The notes: generated from the sequence alone by a model not told the origin. Shown: positions 9,913 through 19,077, counted from the stretch's first letter. The stretch is DNA of 64,000 nt from Candidatus Levyibacteriota bacterium (GCA_043823085.1 JBDRBE010000004.1:197510-261509); one strand, 5' to 3'. Numbers and translations are program-made.

Positions 9913-10527
9913 CTAGGAAATAATTGGTAATCCACCAAAATCCGACTTTTTCACTTCTTTATATTTTAGATTTTTAATGAGTGCAGCTTTACCTTTATGT
10001 TCCACAACATAGTAAGCGAATCCTTGCATTTGTTTTACTAATTCATAATCTGCATGACCTGGCATGCTGACTGGGTTTACATCATTAAAATTGACAGGAC
10101 TATTATCGGCTGTAACAAAATAAGATTCGCCAACGTTTGCAAAAAGATGTCCACATGAAGGAGGCATGTAAACTGAATCGCCCTGTTTTACTTTAATTGC
10201 CTTAAACTCTTCAACTATTTCTGCAATCATTTTCCCATTATTATCAGTTGATAATTTTTGCAATAAGGCTATTCCTTCTCCAAAAGCAATCCAATAAGTT
10301 TCATCGAGATTTCCTACATGATAATGCCCATAGGTTTTTATGTATTCTTTACTTATTGTTCCAGGTTCCCAAACAGTAATGTTTTTCTGGTCTTTTCCTC
10401 CCCGTATCATATAGTAATGAATTTCTGGTCCTATGCCGTTTGGATCCATCAAGACTTCTTTCATTTTTTCGTGGGTTCTAGCGGCATAATGTTTTGAAAC
10501 ATTTTTAAAATCAATATTCATATTCAT
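9913..10527 (-). CDS. Cupin-type (archaeal-type) glucose-6-phosphate isomerase
   Basis: TYGHYH...PPSCGH metal-binding cupin motifs characteristic of cupin-type PGI. Confidence 0.6.
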   Translation of the reverse strand: MNMNIDFKNVSKHYAARTHEKMKEVLMDPNGIGPEIHYYMIRGGKDQKNITVWEPGTISKEYIKTYGHYHVGNLDETYWIAFGEGIALLQKLSTDNNGKMIAEIVEEFKAIKVKQGDSVYMPPSCGHLFANVGESYFVTADNSPVNFNDVNPVSMPGHADYELVKQMQGFAYYVVEHKGKAALIKNLKYKEVKKSDFGGLPIIS

Positions 10528-10958
10528 TCATTTCTTTCTATTTTCCTTTGTTCTGGAGTTTCATCTGGTCTTTTATAATCATCCTCTAATCTTAAAGTCG
10601 TTCCAATTTCCGGAGTTGAAACTTCAACAATATCGCAATCGGTAATTCCTGCAAGCCGATGCTTTTGTCCAAATTCACAACTATACCCTTTTTTAGGTTC
10701 AAATTCCGTTTCGACTAGTTCTCCATTTTGATTTTCCCAGATTACTTTAGCACGACCATTAATCAAAAACCAGCTTTCCTGTTTTTGGTCATGAACTTGG
10801 AGGCTTAACCTTTTCCCCGCATTAATATGTAAGATTTTTCCCATATAAGGTTTATCTTCCGGTGCCCAATGCAATTCATATCCCCACGGTTTCTCAATCC
10901 TTTTTGCATAGGGAAGATTAGTAAACTTTGATTTATCAATGTTGGCAAGATCAATCAT
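10524..10958 (-). CDS. Cupin-domain protein resembling the type II mannose-6-phosphate isomerase catalytic domain
   Basis: EKPWGYE...QVH...HR cupin motif, as in the ManC C-terminal PMI domain. Confidence 0.5.
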   Translation of the reverse strand: MIDLANIDKSKFTNLPYAKRIEKPWGYELHWAPEDKPYMGKILHINAGKRLSLQVHDQKQESWFLINGRAKVIWENQNGELVETEFEPKKGYSCEFGQKHRLAGITDCDIVEVSTPEIGTTLRLEDDYKRPDETPEQRKIERNE

Positions 10959-10959
10959 A

Positions 10960-12357
10960 TTAGTGCGCGCCTGTCATATCCCAATCTTTACTTACCTTAT
11001 CAAATTTGTCAAGCTTTTCTTTAAATATTTTTTTTATTTTTTCAAGCTCCTCTTTGGTTTTTCCTTCAAACCTTAGAACAAGGGTTGGAGTATTAGATGA
11101 TGCTCTGACAAGTCCCCATCCGCCGTCTATATATACGCGAGCGCCGTTAATATCAATAACTTTATAACCGCCATCCTTAAATTCTTTTGTTAATGCTTCA
11201 ACAATTTTATATTTATCCTCGTCTGTAGTTTTTACCTGGATTGTTGGCGTTGAAACATAATAAGGTGTACTTGCAACAATTTCGGAGAGAGGTTTATCTT
11301 GCGTCGAAAGGTATTCTAAGACTTTTAAGGCTGCAAAAATACCATCATCAAATCCGTAAAAATCATCAACGAAAAAAATATGACCGCTCATTTCTCCTGC
11401 CATTGCAGCATTTTCCTGGGTCAATTTTGATTTAATATAAGAATGTCCTGTTTTCCACATAATTGGAATTCCTCCATGCGCTTTAATATCTTCTGGCAAA
11501 GCTTCTGAAACCTTAACGTCAAAAACTATTTTTGCGCCGGGATGCTTTGCTAAAACTAACCGTGATAAAAGAATAATGTATCTATCCGGCCAAATTATAT
11601 TTCCTTTTTCATCTACCATTCCAAGTCTGTCGCCGTCGCCGTCAAACGCAAAACCAAAATCACAGGAATTAGCAACAGTTTGTTTACCTGTATCTTCCAT
11701 CATCGAAGTTCCGTCAGGATTTGGCGTGTAATTAGGATATGCCGAATCGACATTTGTAAAATGCTCGATTACTTCACAGCCAGCTTTTCTTAGAACTTCA
11801 GGCGCGTATAAGCCAGCAGTGCCATTTCCTGTGTTTACTAAAACTTTGAATTTTTTGGTGATTTGGGCGCGCGATAAAAGATCATCAATATAAGCTTTTG
11901 CCAAATCTTCTTTTCTGATTGTCCCGTTTCCGGTTATAAATTCTTCTTTTGAAATAGTATCGTAGACTTCTTTTAATTCATCAGTTAAAAGCGTGTAGGA
12001 TAAATCTGACCCAAGCTTTACCCCGTTCCACCCAACTGGATTATGGCTTGCAGTAACCATTACCAAACCTTTAACTTTTAAATGATATTGCGCCCAATAA
12101 GTAATCGGAGTTGTAACTGTCCCGATATCAATTACATTAATGCCGCATTCGTTTAATCCCTTAATAGCATTTTTTTTAAAGGTGCCAGATGTTTCTCTTG
12201 CGTCAGAGCCAACGATTGCCTCTTTAATTCTCCTTTTTGCTAAAAATGTGCCAAAACCTTTTCCTATGTAGTACATTGAAGTGTCATTGAGTTCATCAAC
12301 TGATTCTCGTCCCCGAAGGTCATATTCGCGAAACATTGTTTTCTTTAAAATCGGCAT
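10960..12357 (-). CDS. Phosphomannomutase/phosphoglucomutase (alpha-D-phosphohexomutase)
   Basis: TASHNPVGWNG active-site Ser loop and FDGDGDR metal-binding loop. Confidence 0.85.
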   Translation of the reverse strand: MPILKKTMFREYDLRGRESVDELNDTSMYYIGKGFGTFLAKRRIKEAIVGSDARETSGTFKKNAIKGLNECGINVIDIGTVTTPITYWAQYHLKVKGLVMVTASHNPVGWNGVKLGSDLSYTLLTDELKEVYDTISKEEFITGNGTIRKEDLAKAYIDDLLSRAQITKKFKVLVNTGNGTAGLYAPEVLRKAGCEVIEHFTNVDSAYPNYTPNPDGTSMMEDTGKQTVANSCDFGFAFDGDGDRLGMVDEKGNIIWPDRYIILLSRLVLAKHPGAKIVFDVKVSEALPEDIKAHGGIPIMWKTGHSYIKSKLTQENAAMAGEMSGHIFFVDDFYGFDDGIFAALKVLEYLSTQDKPLSEIVASTPYYVSTPTIQVKTTDEDKYKIVEALTKEFKDGGYKVIDINGARVYIDGGWGLVRASSNTPTLVLRFEGKTKEELEKIKKIFKEKLDKFDKVSKDWDMTGAH

Positions 12358-12367
12358 ATTAAATATA

Positions 12368-13069
12368 TTATAAACTAATCAATAGTATGTCAATTGACTG
12401 AACAAGGGATAAATTAAGTGTGCCTGTTTTTTGGCAAAGATCAATATCGTATAATTTTTGGTAAATGTTTTTTAATTGTTCGATTGAAAAAAGCTTTGCC
12501 TGCCTTTGTAGCTTATCCTTCTGCCATGGAGCAAGCCTATTAATTTCATCAATCGTTCCGTCAGCTGACGGATTTGAATCAGAGAGCGCCAAAAGAACGC
12601 GGAATTGGCGGACAAGCATATAAAAAACAAGTTCAGATCCCATTGTTTTTAAAAGCTCGTGAAATCCAACAATCATATTTTTGCTATTTGCGGGTTTTAT
12701 TGAATCTAAAAATGTAAACAAAATTTGAGGCTGTTTAAAGATTTTTACAACGGGATTTTTAAAGGTAGAAATTTGGCTTTTTGTTAATTCTTTTCCTTCC
12801 CAGATAAAAATATTTGCGTTTTTTTCATTTTTCTCAATTAAACCCAAAATTTGTTTAAAATCGATGCTTTGCTTTTTTTTAGAGAAAATATTTTCGATGA
12901 AAATGTTTTTTTCATCGCTAAATAACCCTTCCCCTTCAAAAACTTGTGCAATGTCATTAACAGTTAAATTCTGTCCGTCCAGAGAAAACGAATTCTTTGT
13001 TTTTTCTTTTTCCTCCGAAAAAAACTTTCGCGAATTCACAATATCGTCGCCGTGAATAATAGTAATCAT
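12368..13069 (-). CDS. holA: DNA polymerase III delta subunit (short form)
   Basis: N-terminal MITIIHGDD and C-terminal ...LYDIDLCQKTG resemble HolA. Confidence 0.5.
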   Translation of the reverse strand: MITIIHGDDIVNSRKFFSEEKEKTKNSFSLDGQNLTVNDIAQVFEGEGLFSDEKNIFIENIFSKKKQSIDFKQILGLIEKNEKNANIFIWEGKELTKSQISTFKNPVVKIFKQPQILFTFLDSIKPANSKNMIVGFHELLKTMGSELVFYMLVRQFRVLLALSDSNPSADGTIDEINRLAPWQKDKLQRQAKLFSIEQLKNIYQKLYDIDLCQKTGTLNLSLVQSIDILLISL

Positions 13070-13211
13070 AGATTAATTTTAAATTTTAAATTTTTAATTT
13101 TCAATCAATTTCCAATTATTTAATTATTAAAATATTGGGATTTCATAAGCAAAGCTTGAAAACAAAGTATTTCAAGCGGGCTTTCAAACTTTGTTTATTA
13201 AAAATTAGAAA

Positions 13212-13628
13212 TTAAGAATTAGAAATTTTTTTATACTCTTTAAACAACTGATTAGTCAGTATTGATATTCTCCGACTTCTTGTCTGGTGGGGGACAAGCG
13301 CGCCTGAAAAATTCTTTGGAATATGCAATAGCTCATGGATTAGAACTTTCTTTTTATCATCCTCGCTTAATTTATCAAAATGTCTGGATAGAACTTCGAT
13401 TACATAAGCCGGTCTGACATCCAAAGCGCGTTGAAATATTTTTGGAAAAGACCAAATGCGTGCGTAAGATCTTGATTTTGAACCATATGTACGGTAGCAA
13501 AATATTCTGCCTGGATTAATGTGAGCTAGATTGAGAATTTGAATAATTTCACTAATCTCTTTTTTAACTTCCATCGCCTCTTCCCAATTTAATTTTGAGT
13601 TTTGAGTTTTGAGTTTTGAGTTTTTCAT
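13212..13628 (-). CDS. Small HExxH zinc-metallopeptidase-like protein
   Basis: HELLH motif. The start at 13628 forms an ATGA overlap with the upstream stop and would put the heptamer repeat in the N-terminus. The alternative start MEVKK at 13574 is preceded by a GGGAAG Shine-Dalgarno sequence. Confidence 0.45.
   Translation of the reverse strand: MKNSKLKTQNSKLNWEEAMEVKKEISEIIQILNLAHINPGRIFCYRTYGSKSRSYARIWSFPKIFQRALDVRPAYVIEVLSRHFDKLSEDDKKKVLIHELLHIPKNFSGALVPHQTRSRRISILTNQLFKEYKKISNS
13593..13625. repeat. Heptanucleotide simple-sequence repeat (TTTTGAG)x4 plus TTTTT at the ykuK-like/HExxH gene junction
   Basis: Read directly at 13593-13625. Confidence 0.9.
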
Positions 13629-14125
13629 GTGTGCTTATCGGCTACGTATGATGCGCCGTAAGACTCTGGTTTTGTTTTTGCGACAAACCCGTTTCCCGTC
13701 ACCATTCCAACAACTTCTTTTATCATTTCTCTTGTGTCGCCGTGTTCCCCAACGTCGACATGAATTTCCAGATTGTAATTGGGGCTTTTACCATTTAGAG
13801 CCTTTTTAAGGATTGGAACAAAGGTCTTTGCAAAATCAAGCGAAATCATTGTTTCGGCGTAAATTTTCTGACGCAGAGTATGAATATCGCGTACTTTTCT
13901 CCTTTGCCAAAAATATTTTCCGCCAAACCCTTTTCGATGCACAACAACTGCCGTTACAAGATTTACGACTTTTTTGCCGTTTTCTCCATCGATTTTTTCC
14001 TGTGAATCCGTTCCAATTACAAGATTGTAATCGAGTTTTGGATCTTCCTCCAAGAAATATTTAATATAATTAATAACTTCCAAAAGGTCGAGCGTTCCGT
14101 GGGTTGTGCTTTGAAATAATTCCAT
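13625..14125 (-). CDS. YkuK/DUF458-family RNase H-like protein
   Basis: LVIGTDSQ motif typical of DUF458. Confidence 0.5.
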   Translation of the reverse strand: MELFQSTTHGTLDLLEVINYIKYFLEEDPKLDYNLVIGTDSQEKIDGENGKKVVNLVTAVVVHRKGFGGKYFWQRRKVRDIHTLRQKIYAETMISLDFAKTFVPILKKALNGKSPNYNLEIHVDVGEHGDTREMIKEVVGMVTGNGFVAKTKPESYGASYVADKHT

Positions 14126-14157
14126 TGAATTTTCTCATCAATTCTACCATATTCCAC

Positions 14158-15318
14158 CTAAATTTTCAGCATCCATTTAATAGTTGTCATAACGGATTTT
14201 GGGACTGTAATGGCAGGTTGAATAATTTCATTTGTAACTTTGGAAAAATCCACAATTTTTTCTTCATTTTGCTCCATTTTTTTTGCCAAAAATGATTCAT
14301 TGTCAACTGATAATTGCGGTTTTCCCGGTATTTTTGCAATTTCTTTTACGGCTTTTTGATTTTCATTTTCAGAGCCGTCAATATTGGTAAAAGAAAACAT
14401 GTCAAATGGTGACCCTGCTTTTAAAAGAAAAGGGGTAACAGCGACAATATTTTCATCGTTCCAAATCAAGTTGTAGGCAGTTCGAAGGTATTGAGGAATT
14501 ATGTCAGAAGAAACTGAATTGCTTGACCAGCCGGTTTCAGTGATAAATACGGGTAAATCTTTTCCGCCTAAAGTTTTGGCCAAATTTTTCTCATATCTAA
14601 AACTTGCAATGCTCATAGTTCCTAAAGTTGTCGGCGGTTTGGAAAAACCGGGGTTTGGATAAGAATGGCTGGCAAGCCCGTCAACTTTGGAAAACACATT
14701 ATTAAAAGCGCTCATTTGCCGCATAAAATCGTATTCGTTGATATATTTTCCATAAACATTTGCACAGCCGTTGTCAAGACCGGAAGATAAAATAAAAAAA
14801 TCCTGACTTCTTTCTTTAAAAATATCAACGGCATAACTTAAAATCCGGGCGTATTCTTTCGGGTTTGGACTTCCTTCCCATTCGTCACCGCGATTTACTT
14901 CGTTAAAAACGACAACGTAACGATTAATTGTCGGCCATGTCAAAGAATTTAAAAAATTAGCAAAGTCCAAAACATCGTATTCTGTTGGTTTTCGCCAGAC
15001 ACTTGTATTAAAATAATCTCCCTCGGAGGCAAGTCTGATAATTGGAATAACGTGTTTCTGCCTTGCAGAGTCCATAAAATTCTGCCATTTTAAAAGATCT
15101 TTATCACCTGCCTGAATTGGAATTGTCACATAGCCCCAATCACCGCCGTTTGAATTAACCAATCTTGCCGCGTCATTTATCTCATCTGGAAAGAGGATAT
15201 GAATGCCGAATTTATTGTTTGGAACCTTCAGCGGATCCTCAATAGCAAAGACTTGTTTTGGAAGAAGAAAATAAGAAAGAAGAAAGAAGAAAATAATAAT
15301 AACTTTCAATTTTGTCAT
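14158..15318 (-). CDS. Secreted glycoside hydrolase with a clan GH-A TIM-barrel (GH5-like)
   Basis: Signal peptide, FNEVNRGDEW (NE acid/base) and ITETGW (nucleophile) motifs. Confidence 0.55.
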   Translation of the reverse strand: MTKLKVIIIFFFLLSYFLLPKQVFAIEDPLKVPNNKFGIHILFPDEINDAARLVNSNGGDWGYVTIPIQAGDKDLLKWQNFMDSARQKHVIPIIRLASEGDYFNTSVWRKPTEYDVLDFANFLNSLTWPTINRYVVVFNEVNRGDEWEGSPNPKEYARILSYAVDIFKERSQDFFILSSGLDNGCANVYGKYINEYDFMRQMSAFNNVFSKVDGLASHSYPNPGFSKPPTTLGTMSIASFRYEKNLAKTLGGKDLPVFITETGWSSNSVSSDIIPQYLRTAYNLIWNDENIVAVTPFLLKAGSPFDMFSFTNIDGSENENQKAVKEIAKIPGKPQLSVDNESFLAKKMEQNEEKIVDFSKVTNEIIQPAITVPKSVMTTIKWMLKI

Positions 15319-15531
15319 GCTTTTATTATAGCATGGTTAAAATCGAAAGTCAGAAAACCGGCAGACAAAAATCCGAAAACTCAAAACAAAAAACCCATAA
15401 GCGAAATACTAACTAATCGCTAATTGCTAATCGCTAGTTAGCAATCTCTTTAAGGAGTTGCCTTTCCTCACACTTAGGACTAAAATAAAAGTCAGATGGC
15501 AAAGAAAATTAGAGAAATTAAGGGAGCTAAT

Positions 15532-15690
15532 ATGGATATTGATTTTACTCTTTCCTCATGGAAGCATGGTGAGTGTCCTTGGGGAAAAAATCACAAATGT
15601 GCTGTCAAAAATGTTTCAATTTGTGATCATTTTGAAGGCGTGAAGAAATTAGATACAGTCCTTTGCAGCTACCCAGACAAAAAATCATAA
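15532..15690 (+). CDS. Small Cys/His-rich hypothetical protein (~52 aa)
   Basis: AAGGGA Shine-Dalgarno sequence 7 nt upstream of the ATG; sequence ...HGECPWGKNHKCAVKNVSICDH. Confidence 0.35.
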   Translation: MDIDFTLSSWKHGECPWGKNHKCAVKNVSICDHFEGVKKLDTVLCSYPDKKS

Positions 15691-15760
15691 ATCATAAATC
15701 CTATCCCCTAGACCCCCAATCTCCCCTTTTGTGCCATAATGAGGCAAGAAAATTCCCTTC

Positions 15761-15790
15761 TTGACAATAGACCAAAGAGTCGGGTATTAT
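15761..15790 (+). promoter_or_regulatory. Promoter of the lexA-paralog operon: -35 TTGACA at 15761-15766, 18-nt spacer, -10 TATTAT at 15785-15790; the ATG is 7 nt downstream, so the mRNA is leaderless
   Basis: Read directly. GAAAATTC lies just upstream of the -35. Confidence 0.5.
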
Positions 15791-15796
15791 TGTTTT

Positions 15797-16435
15797 ATGC
15801 AAGCTAATCCCACACAACGACAAAAAGAGCTGCTTTCTATTATTTACCAATATATCCAAAATACCGGCTATCCTCCATCTTTTGAAGAAATGAAAAAACA
15901 ACTTGATGTTTCTTCAAATCAATCTGTCTTAGATCTTTTGATCAAACTGGAAGAACGGAGTTTGCTTAAAAGAAATGAATCTTCAGCTAGAAGTATCCTT
16001 ATACTGCCTCTTGGTTATGAAATTCTCGACAAACCTCCTCTTGCCCCATTCCTTGGCGCTACAAGCGCCGGTGTTCCGCTTGAAGCCATAGAAATCTCTG
16101 GAGACTGGCAGCCTCTTTCTTCAGACGTTGCCAAACTGCAAGACAATGTTTTTCTGCTCAAAATTTCTGGTGATTCCATGATTAATGCCGGTATTGATAA
16201 CGGCGATATGGTTTTAGTTAAAAGCGAAAAGGAATTTGTCTCGGGCGATATTGTATTGGCGCAAATTGGAGACGAAGCTACAATTAAACGATTTATGTCG
16301 GACGATAAACCGCCTTATGTTTATTTAAAACCAGAAAATCCAAAATATAGAATTATCCCTTTTACTGACGAAATGAGACTAACGGGAAAAGTTGTTTCTG
16401 TCTTCAGAGAAGGTTCTTGGAGGTCAGTTAATTAA
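15797..16435 (+). CDS. Second LexA-family repressor (LexA DNA-binding domain plus S24 peptidase)
   Basis: YPPSFEEMKKQLDVSS...LLIKLEERSLLKR N-terminus, GDSM Ser motif and ATIKRF Lys motif. The stop lies 3 nt before the next gene. Confidence 0.8.
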   Translation: MQANPTQRQKELLSIIYQYIQNTGYPPSFEEMKKQLDVSSNQSVLDLLIKLEERSLLKRNESSARSILILPLGYEILDKPPLAPFLGATSAGVPLEAIEISGDWQPLSSDVAKLQDNVFLLKISGDSMINAGIDNGDMVLVKSEKEFVSGDIVLAQIGDEATIKRFMSDDKPPYVYLKPENPKYRIIPFTDEMRLTGKVVSVFREGSWRSVN

Positions 16436-16438
16436 AAT

Positions 16439-18394
16439 ATGCCGACACAAAAGTTAAATAAAACAAAAGAAGTTATTGGAAAAATCTTTAAAGATTCTCA
16501 AATTCCTTATGGCTTGAAGGAATTTGGAGAGATTAGTCTAGAAGAAACTCTTACAATTACCGAAGAGGAGAAAGGGAGATTTTATATTAAAGACTTAAAA
16601 TCAGGTAATTTAAGATTTGTTTTTGATGAGGAAAAACAGTCGGGGAAACCGGAAGAGATTGTCAGGCAGCTTTGGTTGTATAAACTTCATACGCAATATC
16701 AATACCCTTTGGATAGAATTGACATAGAAAAAAGTATCCATTTTGGCCGTGAAATCCACGCTAAAGCCGCGGATATTGTTATTTATAAAAAGGATAAAAT
16801 TACTCCTTACATCATTGTTGAAGTTAAAAGTCCTACAGAAGAAAAAGGGATTGATCAGCTTAAGAGCTATTTAAGTGCTGAGGGAGCGGAAATTGGCCTT
16901 TGGTCAAATGGATTAAAGCGAGTTATTCTCTATCGCCCGTATCCTAGAGAATACAACGATACTCTTCCGGATTTGCCCCTTGCAAATACGACCATTGACG
17001 ATCTGCTAGAGGCTAAGAAGACTCTTTTTGAATACACCACCACTAAAATTAATTTAAAAGAAACAATTGAGACGATGGAAGAGTTAGTGCTTGCTAATGC
17101 TGGCGTGGATGTTTTTAATGAAGTTTTTAAGTTAATTTATGCCAAACTCTATGATGAAGGAGAAGCTAAATTTAGAAAAGATAATGAAGTTTATTTCAGA
17201 AAATATAAAGATCCGCAAAAAACTTATAATGTAATTAATGATCTTTTCAAAAAAGCAATCCACAAGTGGCCTGGTACTTTCTTTGAACAGGAAAACATCA
17301 GACTTTCTCCAGAACATCTTAATATTGTTGTTGGTGAACTAGAAAAAGCACGCCTTTTTGGCTCAGACCTTTCTATTATTGATGAAGCATTTGAATATTT
17401 AATCCCGGAAGTGGCCAAAGGTAAAAAAGGTCAGTACTTTACCCCTCGTCATGTTATTTCCATGGCGGTTAAAATGCTTAATCCCAAAAAAGACGAATAT
17501 GTGATTGACCCGGCGGCAGGTTCGGGTGGTTTTCTTATCAATGCCATGTATTTTGTTCGCGAGCAACACTTAAATGGTTCTGATGAGGCCATGAGAGAAT
17601 ACGCCAAAGATTATGTTTGGGGAATTGATTTTGCTGAAGAAATTTCCAAAGTTTCACGGGCCTTAATGTTGATTGCCGGCGATGGTCGTTCCCATATGTT
17701 TAGACTTAACTCTTTAGATCCGAGGGAGTGGCAAGGCGAGGATTCGGATCTTCTTGATGCTCGCTCCAAACTGAAAAACAGGCTTCTGGATTTAAGTAAT
17801 TCTTCTGATAGTTCGGAAAACCAACAAACTTTTCATTATTTCAACTTCGATGTTTTGTTAACGAATCCTCCGTTTGCCGGCGAAATTAAAGATAGCGGAA
17901 TTTTAAGGCAGTATTTTTTGGGAAGAAGAAAAGGGAAATTGGCTAACAAAATTGAACGACATATTTTGTTTATTGAAAGGGTTTTGGATATGATTCGTCC
18001 GGGTGGGCGTTTGGCAATAGTTTTACCTCAAGGAATTTTGAATAATACCAATATGGAATATATAAGAAACTGGCTTTTTGAAAAAGCCAGAATTTTAGCA
18101 GTGGTTGGACTTCATGGGAATACTTTTAAGCCTCATGCTGGAACTAAAACTTCGGTTTTGTTTTTACAAAAATGGGAAGAAAAAGAACAGCCTCTAAAAG
18201 ATTACCCAATTTTTATGGCAGTTTCCAAAAAAGGAGGGAAAGATAATTCCGGGGAATATATTTACAAAAAAGATGCAAATGGAAATTATGTTCATGATCA
18301 AAAGGGCAGAAAAGTTTTAGACCATGATTTAGACCAAATAGCAGATTCATTTATAAAATTTGCAAAGGAGCAAAATTTCAACTTTTGGAGATGA
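16439..18394 (+). CDS. Fusion of an HsdR_N-like PD-(D/E)xK nuclease domain and a gamma-class N6-adenine DNA methyltransferase (HsdM-like / BcgI-A-like restriction-modification subunit)
   Basis: N-terminus ADIVIYKKDKITPYIIVEVK carries the D...EVK nuclease motif. The methyltransferase has DPAAGSGGFL (motif I) and NPPF (motif IV). Confidence 0.8.
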   Translation: MPTQKLNKTKEVIGKIFKDSQIPYGLKEFGEISLEETLTITEEEKGRFYIKDLKSGNLRFVFDEEKQSGKPEEIVRQLWLYKLHTQYQYPLDRIDIEKSIHFGREIHAKAADIVIYKKDKITPYIIVEVKSPTEEKGIDQLKSYLSAEGAEIGLWSNGLKRVILYRPYPREYNDTLPDLPLANTTIDDLLEAKKTLFEYTTTKINLKETIETMEELVLANAGVDVFNEVFKLIYAKLYDEGEAKFRKDNEVYFRKYKDPQKTYNVINDLFKKAIHKWPGTFFEQENIRLSPEHLNIVVGELEKARLFGSDLSIIDEAFEYLIPEVAKGKKGQYFTPRHVISMAVKMLNPKKDEYVIDPAAGSGGFLINAMYFVREQHLNGSDEAMREYAKDYVWGIDFAEEISKVSRALMLIAGDGRSHMFRLNSLDPREWQGEDSDLLDARSKLKNRLLDLSNSSDSSENQQTFHYFNFDVLLTNPPFAGEIKDSGILRQYFLGRRKGKLANKIERHILFIERVLDMIRPGGRLAIVLPQGILNNTNMEYIRNWLFEKARILAVVGLHGNTFKPHAGTKTSVLFLQKWEEKEQPLKDYPIFMAVSKKGGKDNSGEYIYKKDANGNYVHDQKGRKVLDHDLDQIADSFIKFAKEQNFNFWR

Positions 18395-18395
18395 A

Positions 18396-18932
18396 ATGAA
18401 AAATAAAAGAAAAATAGTATACGCTTTTATAGACAGTCAGAATTTAAACTTGGGGACGAGTAAAGATATCTACAAGAGCAGAGGTAAGTATAAAAAATTA
18501 ATATACAAAGGTTGGAAACTGGATTTTCGCAAATTTAGGAAATATTTATTTGATAAATTTAGAGTTAGCAAAGCCTTTTTATTTATTGGCTATATTAAAC
18601 AAAATGAAAAGATGTATAAACGCTTAAAGTCTTACGGGTATGAATTAATTTTTAAGCCCACTGTAAAAGATGATTATGGAAAGCCAAAAGGAAATGTTGA
18701 TGCGGAACTTGTGCTTCATGCGGCGGCTATAGAATTTTCAAACTATGCTAAAGCCATAGTTGTTTCAAATGACGGTGATTTTCGTTGTTTGCATGAGTAT
18801 TTAGAAAAAAGGAGTAAGCTACTATACATAGTTATCCCTAATAAACATAGTGAGTCTAGTTTATTAAAAGAGTTTCAGAGATACAAAATATTTCTTTATC
18901 GTGAGAAGGAGAACTTAGAATTTAAGCAATAA
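18396..18932 (+). CDS. NYN-domain (LabA-like, PIN-like) putative ribonuclease
   Basis: IVYAFIDSQNL, GNVDAELVLHA and VVSNDGDF acidic motifs. GGAG Shine-Dalgarno sequence 10 nt upstream; begins 1 nt after the methyltransferase stop. Confidence 0.7.
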   Translation: MKNKRKIVYAFIDSQNLNLGTSKDIYKSRGKYKKLIYKGWKLDFRKFRKYLFDKFRVSKAFLFIGYIKQNEKMYKRLKSYGYELIFKPTVKDDYGKPKGNVDAELVLHAAAIEFSNYAKAIVVSNDGDFRCLHEYLEKRSKLLYIVIPNKHSESSLLKEFQRYKIFLYREKENLEFKQ

Positions 18933-18949
18933 AAATGGGAGGCGTCGCA

Positions 18950-18968
18950 AATAGACACGTAGTCTATT
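18950..18968. repeat. Perfect 7-bp inverted repeat AATAGAC-N5-GTCTATT
   Basis: Read directly, 18 nt after the NYN gene stop. Confidence 0.8.
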
Positions 18969-19048
18969 GGTCGTATTCTCCCTAATGATTAGTTAGATTA
19001 TATTAGCTTTTATGATGATAGTCAAGATAGCAAAAGATATCAAAAAAG

Positions 19049-19077
19049 GATGGTTCGGCAAACTCACCACAAGAGGA
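19049..19077 (+). repeat. 29-nt direct repeat, copy 1 (GATGGTTCGGCAAACTCACCACAAGAGGA), ending in the Shine-Dalgarno sequence of the orphan gene
   Basis: Matches copy 2 at 26 of 29 positions; all mismatches are A/G transitions. Confidence 0.85.
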
